A model generated the notes under the pieces. That model was not told the DNA's origin and ran no database searches. It saw only the letters and a program-made list of their open reading frames with translations. 64,000 nt of DNA from the human T2T-CHM13v2.0 reference genome, Homo sapiens. The stretch lies in assembly GCF_009914755.1 (NCBI RefSeq), contig NC_060934.1; one strand, given 5' to 3'. Of the stretch, positions 55,011 to 64,000 are shown in pieces. Position 1 is the stretch's first letter, and each line of letters opens with the position of its first letter. The translations under genes and the position numbers were made by a program.

Positions 55011-56171
55011 TAGGGCTGCGGGCCAAGGCCCGCACCCTGCTGCCTCCCCTGAGTTGACTTGTCTGGGAGGGTGAAGACCAGCCGGCTTATTTAATAGGTT
55101 GTGAACCCAACAAGCGCTGAGAGACACAACAACTGCCTGAAGAGAGAACAGACGGAGCTCCTCCTCCTTCTGTAGTCACCTACAGACTGAAGCCCACTGG
55201 CCCCAGGTGGGAGCCCAGGCATGTGGCACACAATGCCCCACCCCACACTTCACAATGCCCTCCCCGACACCTCACAGTGCCCCACCCTGCCTGCCACCCC
55301 TCCCCAACAGCTCAGAATGCCCCTGCCTTGGCTGCCCCACCCTGTGGCTTATGATGCTGCTGCTCTCCTGGCCCCTCGTGCAGTGCCAATGGGACTAAGG
55401 TTTTCATTCATCACCAGCTTCCTGAGATTTTAGTCCTAAGAAAAGCACAGGGTAGTTCATTCCTCGAAGCCAGCTTCCTCTACGAGTTCTACACAAAGCC
55501 TCAGTAGAGTGGGTCCCATTAGCAACCAAGTTGAACAACTTTTATTTGCTGTCTGAATATAGATACACCTGAATTGTTGACTGCTTTTGTAACTAAACAC
55601 TCCTCTCCTGTCTTCCAACGAGTGGTCATTTTTGTCCGCAACTTGATCACAGCAATCCCTGGGGCCCTAGCTCTACTCTCAATAAAGAGTTATGGCTGTG
55701 TGTTTTGAATGACACCTTAGGACCCATCCTGCCTCCACCTCCTTCTCCATAAAATAGAAACCTAACTTGTCCCTCCAAGCTCTGAAATGCTGAAACTTAC
55801 CAACTCCCTTTTCTCCCCGCTATTTCTTCCTTCCATGGCAGGGACTTTCAGATTTTCTTTCTTTTACTAACAAGGCACTAAACATGATTTTCTCATACAA
55901 AATCGAGAGCCATAAAGTGGCTTACCACAGTCCTATTTCAATAAAGATGAATACTCGACATCTGGCAAGTAGTGTGTGCCTGACAGTGTCCCCACTGTGC
56001 TATGCTCATTTAACCCTCAGAAACAATCTCATGTTACAGATTTTACAGAAGTTGTTGGGACAGAGAAGGTAAGTAAACCCCCCCAAGGTCACATGACTGC
56101 TAAGGGTGGGGCCATAGTTTGATCCCAGGTAGTCTGAATTCCCCAATTGCTTAAGCATGATTATCAGAAAG

Positions 56172-56895
56172 TATAGCAGTCTGTTTTCACACTGATATAA
56201 AGAAACACCTGAGGTTGGGTAATTTTTAAAGGAAAGAGGCTTAATTGACTCAGTTTCACATGGCTGGGGAGGCCTCAGGAAACTTACAATCATGGCAGAG
56301 GGGGAAGTCCTTCAGGAAACTTACAATCATGGCAGAAGGGCAGGTCCGACTTACATGGTGGCCGCACAGAGAGTGGGAACATGTGAAGGAGCAACTGTCA
56401 AACATGTATAAAACCATCAGATCTCAGCTGGGCACGGTGGCTCACACTTGTAACCCTAGTACTTTGGGAGGCCAAGGCAGGTGGATCAACTGAGGTCAGG
56501 AGTTTGAGACCAGCCTAGCTAATGTAGTGAAATCCTGTCTCTACTAAAAATACAAAAATTAGCTGGGTGTGGTTGTGCATGCCTGTAATCCCAGCTACTC
56601 AGGAGGCTGAGGCAGGAGAATCACTGGAACTCAAGAGGCAGAGACTGCAGTGAGCCAAGATCGTGCCATGGCACTCCTGCCTGGACAACAGAGCAGGACT
56701 CCATCCCAAGAAACAAAACAAAACAAAACCCTATAAGATCTCATGAGGACTTACTGAATATCACAAGAACAGCATGAGGATAACTGCCCCTGTGATCCAA
56801 TCACCTCCCCCTAGGCCCCTCCCTCGACACATCGGGATTATGGGGATTATAATTCATGATGATATTTGGGTGGGGACATGGCAAAACCATATCAG
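56172..56895. mobile_element. MaLR (THE1/MST) LTR with nested Alu (56426-56730)
   Basis: aaagaggcttaattgactcagtttcacatggctggggaggcctcaggaaacttacaatcatggcagag; ends ccatatca. Confidence 0.75.
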
Positions 56896-57061
56896 AAAGT
56901 AAAGGTAGAAGTCAAGCTTGGATGGGAAATGACATTGTAGATTATTATTATTATTATTATTTTGAGACGAAGTTTTGCTCTTGTTGCCCAGTGAAATTGT
57001 TTCTCTAATTTCATTTTCAGATTGTGTCTTGTAGATGTATAGAAATACAATTGATAAATGA

Positions 57062-57702
<641 letters not shown>

Positions 57703-59213
57703 AAACAGAACAACATTTTTTTGATGTGGATTTTAAAATGCCTCCCCTTCTTTCAACATTAAGTCCCTTCTACATGCCAGGCACTGTATGTGTGAAATAG
57801 TCCCAACTCTCAATGAGTTTAGGCAGATACACAAACAAAGGCTTAAGGAGGTCAGTTTTCTGAGACCATACTGCTGGACAGTATATGAACCTGGGATACA
57901 AACCCACCTCTATTTGACCTCAAATTTGATGCTGGGGTGGTTTTAATTTTATTCTGGGAATTTCAGTCATTCAACCATAAAAAGGTGAAAAGTCTCTGTC
58001 AGATGTGCGTGTAGTGGTCTGTATAATAAAGACTGAAGGAAGCAACCAAACCAATTAAGAGACTTTCTCTAAAGGCAGAGTAATGCTAAGGGCAGTGGCA
58101 GTGACAAAAGTGGAGGAAAAAGTCTGTGATCATTTGGGAGACAGAATAGGAAGTGCTTGGTCATGAGATGTGAAAGAAGAGGGGAAGTAGAAGGAAAACA
58201 GAGCTGCTCAGGCTCTGCTGGGGAAGACTGGGTATGTAGCAGTGCCTTCCTCCTGGCCGAGAATGTAGGAAGAGAAATAGGTAAGGAGGAAAAGATAGTT
58301 TTTTACTCTCAGTGTCACATTAAAATGGAACTCTCTGGTCAAAAGTTGAATATAAATCTCTGTAGGCTAAGTCCATTTGTGACATCCCAACATATGTTTT
58401 CAAAAATAACATACACACTAAATCAAGCCATTAAGCGTAACTGGGGAAATTTCCTAAAATTTACATGCTAAAAAATCACCATTTTTCATTTATTACTTTC
58501 ATGGAGCAACTTTGAATCTATGGTTACAGCAGGTGAGGCACCTTGTATAAAATAAAGCTAATACATGAAATAAAACCATTTAAAATTCTATTGTTCTCAG
58601 AGAATGGAGAAAGCAATTGAAGCCATGGGTGTGGAGGTGACTGCCTTGAGAAGTTGTGTATAGTAAGGAGAACTGGGAAGAAAGAAGACCTGGAGAATAG
58701 GGTGATTTGCACGGCATTAAGTGAAGCTTGAAAAAGTGAGCACTGGGAGTCAAGAGACATGTATGAATCAGGAATGGCTGCTCCTGTGAGTTGTTAGAAA
58801 GGAGATGATGCCTTCTTTTCATATCTATAACAGTAGCACCTAGCACAGTGCCTGTTCAATAGGTACTCGACATGTATTATCCCAATGCAGAGTCAAATTT
58901 TGCCAGGAAGGCAGGAAAGCTACAAATTAGCTATGGCAACTTAGTGATTGGGCTTGTGTGTGTGTGTGAGTGAGCTGGATGTCAGGCAGTGGGCAAAGTA
59001 GTGAACTGGAGGTGAGAAAACAATGACACAAACTCAGGGCTTCTCTTCCCAAGTATTTGGCTGAGAAGAGAGATGTAGTATTAAAGGGAGATATGTGGTA
59101 AAGGAAGACTTTTATTTCAAGATTCAACAAAAGCGTGAGTATACTTCTATGTTAAAGGGAAAGAGCCAATAGAAAAAACACATTTTTGAGGTTAGAAGAG
59201 AAGGAAGAACTAA

Positions 59214-59677
<464 letters not shown>

Positions 59678-61664
59678 CTAGACTTAAAAAAAAAAAAAAA
59701 AATACTGTGGGAAAAAGGATATTATGTATAGAAAAGTCTACACTTCTTGATACAACTAACTAAAAAAAGCCTGATACACTAAACAAAACCCAAATAATGT
59801 CTTCCCTAAAAGTGGGTAACTTGAAAAGCAATTCGAGCAAAAATCAAGGAGTTCAATTATAAATAAGTATATCAACAAAGTGAAAGATGGGTTTAATTTT
59901 TCCCACAAAAAGTTAAAAGAAATAACAGCAGTTTTAGAGGAAGAGGAAAAAATAATAAGAAAATTACATGCAGTTGCAAAATGTGTGACTATTTACAAAC
60001 TCTAACATATAACTACAAAACGGACCAGAAGAATCATTATCATAGGAAGCAAAGGGTCATTTCAAAAATCAGAGGAGGGATGATTCATATTTAATTTAAT
60101 TCTGTGGAAAAAATTTAAGTAACCTTTGAGGACAAAAATAGGTGATATGTTGAAATGCGGGAAACCACAGTGGAAGGAAAAAGAATTCAAGAAAGCTCAG
60201 TTTCAGTAACCAGTATCTAGTAAAATCTTCAGGACCTAGAGGCTACAATCTGCATTAATAGTGTCTGAAGACCTAGAAATGTCATTAAATACCATTTTGG
60301 ATAATTCTTGTAGACTTGAGATGATGTCTATTTAAAGTTACAAAATAGTGCCCGTATTTCTGTATTCATTACAGACAACAATTGGATATGGAAAAGAAAC
60401 TAACATGCTATGCCACAATCTCTAAAGAAAGATTAGGGATGTTTCAGCTTAAAGCAAGAATAATCACAATAAAGTTTTACGACCCTTTGCAAGCATATAT
60501 GAAAAACTTACAAAAAGTTTGTAATGATCTTTTCTTAAGCTAAGAGAATGGAAAAAATGAGAAAAATTAAATTATAAAATGAAACTTTGGTTTAGAGGTA
60601 AGAAACATTTGATGACAGTCAAGAGATCAGGGTTGTACAGTGTATTATGTGAATGTTGTGACTCATTGGTTTCATCTTGGATATCATAACTTGACATTTT
60701 GTAAAAGTGATTTTTCATGGGAGTTTTTTCAGGTGCCCTGAAAAGTCCTGTCCCATGAGAAGCGAATAATAGTCTTCCATATTCTTGCGATATCTTAATG
60801 AATAGCATCTTCTACAGTCTTCCATTGTTTAGTCCTTGGAGAGACACTGACTGAAGCTGTGAGGTTTCACAATGACATGTCAGCCAAATACATATGCTCA
60901 GATTTACCATTTATCAAGAGGTCTTCACACTATCAATTGTGCAATTATCATTCTACACACAGGCAGTGATAAAGGGAGTAAAAAACCACAGCCATGGATC
61001 GGGAGACCAAGGTACCTCCAGAGGAGTCCAGTGGGTCCAGAAGCCCTTTGGATGTTGGTCAGAGGCTCCTCTTGGGCAGAGATCACAGCAGCAGCCAACA
61101 GGTCTGGTGAAATCCTTAAGAGTTCTCATGGACAAAGCTTGTGAAGGCATCTTAGACAAGATCTTGTCTTTGCTGGTTTTATGATCCTCTGCAGATGGGT
61201 CTATTCTCATTATCTCAGCCACCTTTCACTTCCTATCAGTTCAGTTCAGGTCTCTCATGATCCCAGGCAGCAGTAGTTGTTATCACGTGAGTTCATTCAT
61301 ATATGTTTATCTCTTTGGGGATGGGGGGACAACTTCACTGTGGACTTAATTCTACTGGAGATGAGTGACCCCATTTTAAGACAACAGGATCACAAATTAT
61401 TATCACATATCAGCAGGGCAGACAATAGCTACGACCTGGGGCTGAAAGCAGGTAACTCCATTTATCCTGTAAACATTGTCTTGATTATGGTGCCAGTTGC
61501 TGTGAGGGATTTCCTTTCCACCACCTGTTTTTCACAAGGTTTGAGTCTGAACTGCTAACATTCTACTGATTTCTGGGTGAAGGGACTGACTGCACCATCC
61601 TACCCTGTCAGAGCACTTGCCCCAGTACTTCCACTTTAAGAGTTTTCCACCTTGTCCAGAACTA

Positions 61665-62059
<395 letters not shown>

Positions 62060-62612
62060 TTATCCCAAATACCAAACACACAAAAATCCAATCTGTCTCC
62101 TTCTACCTAAGCAATTTTAGATAGTCACTGTCTCATAATTACCTTAAGCTCCCTGACTTGCTGCTCATCCTTTCTCTGGCAAAATCTCATCCTTGGATGA
62201 GCCCGACTTTGTGTTTGCTCAATGACACCACTCACCTGAACCAGAAAAAATATCAAAAAGTGGTCAGAGATATCATCATAAATTCAAATTACTTACACAA
62301 AAAATTGGCCCTAAATGTTTCCAGAAATCAATAAAAGTTTTGTTTCTCCAATGACATCATTTCTTCAGAAACCCAATGTGTATAACCTATTTTTTCTATG
62401 TTCTTCTAACATTTATTCAACTTCTCTCATCTGATATCTTGCCAAATCATTCAAAGAGAAAATATATCCCATTAGGCAAGAGCCCACCATATTCCCATCA
62501 CCTGAGAAAATCATATGCACAGGATGCACCCACCTCACCTTTCTCTGCCTCATCATGTCAGAAAAAGTACCCCACCTTTTGTCACAAGGCAAACCTGAGA
62601 TAAAAGATTTAG

Positions 62613-62876
62613 ATGGCCTGTAATTCCAGCACTTGGGGAGACCAATGCAGGCAGATTATTTGAGTCTAAGAGTTCAAAAGAAGCCTAAGCAACTTAGGGA
62701 AACTGCATCTCTCAAACAAATACAAACCATTAGCCTAGCATGGTGGTGTGGTGGCACATGCCTGTAGTCCCAGCTACTCAGGGTGGGGAGCACTGAGGTG
62801 GGAGGATCACCTGAGCTGGAAGGTTGTGGCTGCAGTGAGCCGTGATCACGTCACTGCACTCCAGCCACGGTAACAG
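62613..62876 (+). mobile_element. Old Alu (AluJ-like)
   Basis: Degenerate Alu consensus. Confidence 0.8.
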
Positions 62877-62898
62877 ATATTTTTAAAAGGATCTTCTC

Positions 62899-63270
62899 TG
62901 TTAAAAATAATCAAATAAACAGGTGGCCATGAGGCTGAGGTGGCTGCCGTGCACTCAATTCCTCCTTAAATAAACCAAAACTTGACTCAGTGTAAATAAT
63001 AAAAGGAAATGTAAGAACCAATCAGAAACCACCAACTAACATCTAACTAGAGACCTTCCACTGTAATGTTCCAAATGAGGCCACTGCTCCACTTCACCCA
63101 ATCAAGTATTTTCTTTTTCTTCCACATTCACCATATAAAATTCTTCCCCCACCCTCCCTAAGCCTCTCTGTGGGACCTCTGAGCTGCTTGCAGTCTGGGG
63201 CTGCCTAGTTTATACATTTCTGAATGCTCAAATATATTTTCTAATGTTTCAAAGTGGCTCTGGTGTAGGA
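62899..63270 (+). mobile_element. ERV LTR fragment (LTR47-like)
   Basis: Starts TGTTAAAAATAATCAAAT...GGCCATGAGGCTGAGGTGGCT. Confidence 0.45.
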
Positions 63271-63653
63271 GGTTGTTGGTGGAGTGACCCGAGAGTATAC
63301 AGGAATTGAGGGCATATGAGATCTCTGGACTCTGCACTCCATTTTGCTGTACACTCAAAACTACTCTAAAATAATAATATATCTTTAAAAATCTATAACT
63401 AGCACGTAGCCCTTTTCAAGCCTCCAACTGGTTGGAGCCAGTTCGATTAAAGCTCAGAAGAAAAACTGGTTAATAAGCTAGTTCTGACCCAACTGGCAAG
63501 AAGCGGCAGGAAAGACCCAGGCCAGGGGAGCATATTGCACATGCATGCACCAGGAAACTGGAGGAAGCTTGGAGGCCCTTTAGCCTGGTCCTGAGCCCGC
63601 TGAAACTGCAGTTACAGCACAGATGCCTGGGGCACCAATCTGAATCTGCCAAC

Positions 63654-63769
63654 ATCCAAGGCCACATGAACACAAATGCGCAGTCTCCTCTGCGATCGGT
63701 AGCTAAGGATGTTAGGCCATGATTGGACTAGGATGGGAGATGAACTGAGAACTATGGATTCTGTAGGTT
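63654..63769 (+). pseudogene. Degenerate 5S rRNA pseudogene (RNA5SP-type)
   Basis: Collinear with 5S rRNA: ...GGCCA...TCTC.TCTG...TCGG.AGCTAAG...GGATGGGAGA...CTGTAGG. Confidence 0.8.
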
Positions 63770-63805
63770 GTTGTTGTCTCTTCCCACCCCAAGCAACAAG
63801 TGATG

Positions 63806-63807
<2 letters not shown>

Positions 63808-63855
<48 letters not shown>
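63808..63855. repeat. (CA)n microsatellite
   Basis: About 24 perfect CA units. Confidence 0.95.
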
Positions 63856-63856
<1 letters not shown>

Positions 63857-64000
63857 CCCGTAGTGACTAACAGGATCTCCCTCCAGGGGATTTGCAGAAA
63901 GGGGAGCAGAAAACATCCCAGGGGCCTTTCACAGCTACTTCCTTGAGCCCCCTTTCAGACTGCTGTCTAGACCTGTCGCAGCCCAAACATCACCACCCTG

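Overview
Primate (almost certainly human) genomic DNA, consistent with the segmental-duplication mosaic at 10q11.22. Three spliced protein-coding genes all lie on the minus strand, and I reconstructed each exon by exon: annexin A8 (12 coding exons, 148-15234, 327 aa), a FAM25 family gene (3 exons, 18576-22975, 89 aa) and an AGAP/centaurin-gamma-like paralog (8 exons, 33453-54828, 658 aa, AGAP9-like). The window also holds a TSD-flanked, 3'-truncated ATXN1L retrocopy just upstream of ANXA8, a 5S rRNA pseudogene, a HERV-K14-type solo LTR and dense Alu/L1/MaLR/DNA-transposon repeats. The most interesting observation is that the AGAP gene looks like a chimera. Its seven small 5' exons encode the N-terminal half of a cyclin-Y-like protein (MGNxxxC lipid-anchor start, [18 protein letters not shown]), cut off just before the cyclin box. 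These exons splice into an intronless, 5'-truncated AGAP1 retrocopy (PH-ArfGAP-ANK) through an acceptor fashioned from former AGAP1 coding sequence. Homologies were recognised from memory of the protein families and not by database search. Paralog-level symbols are uncertain because these loci are near-identical duplicates, and repeat boundaries are approximate.
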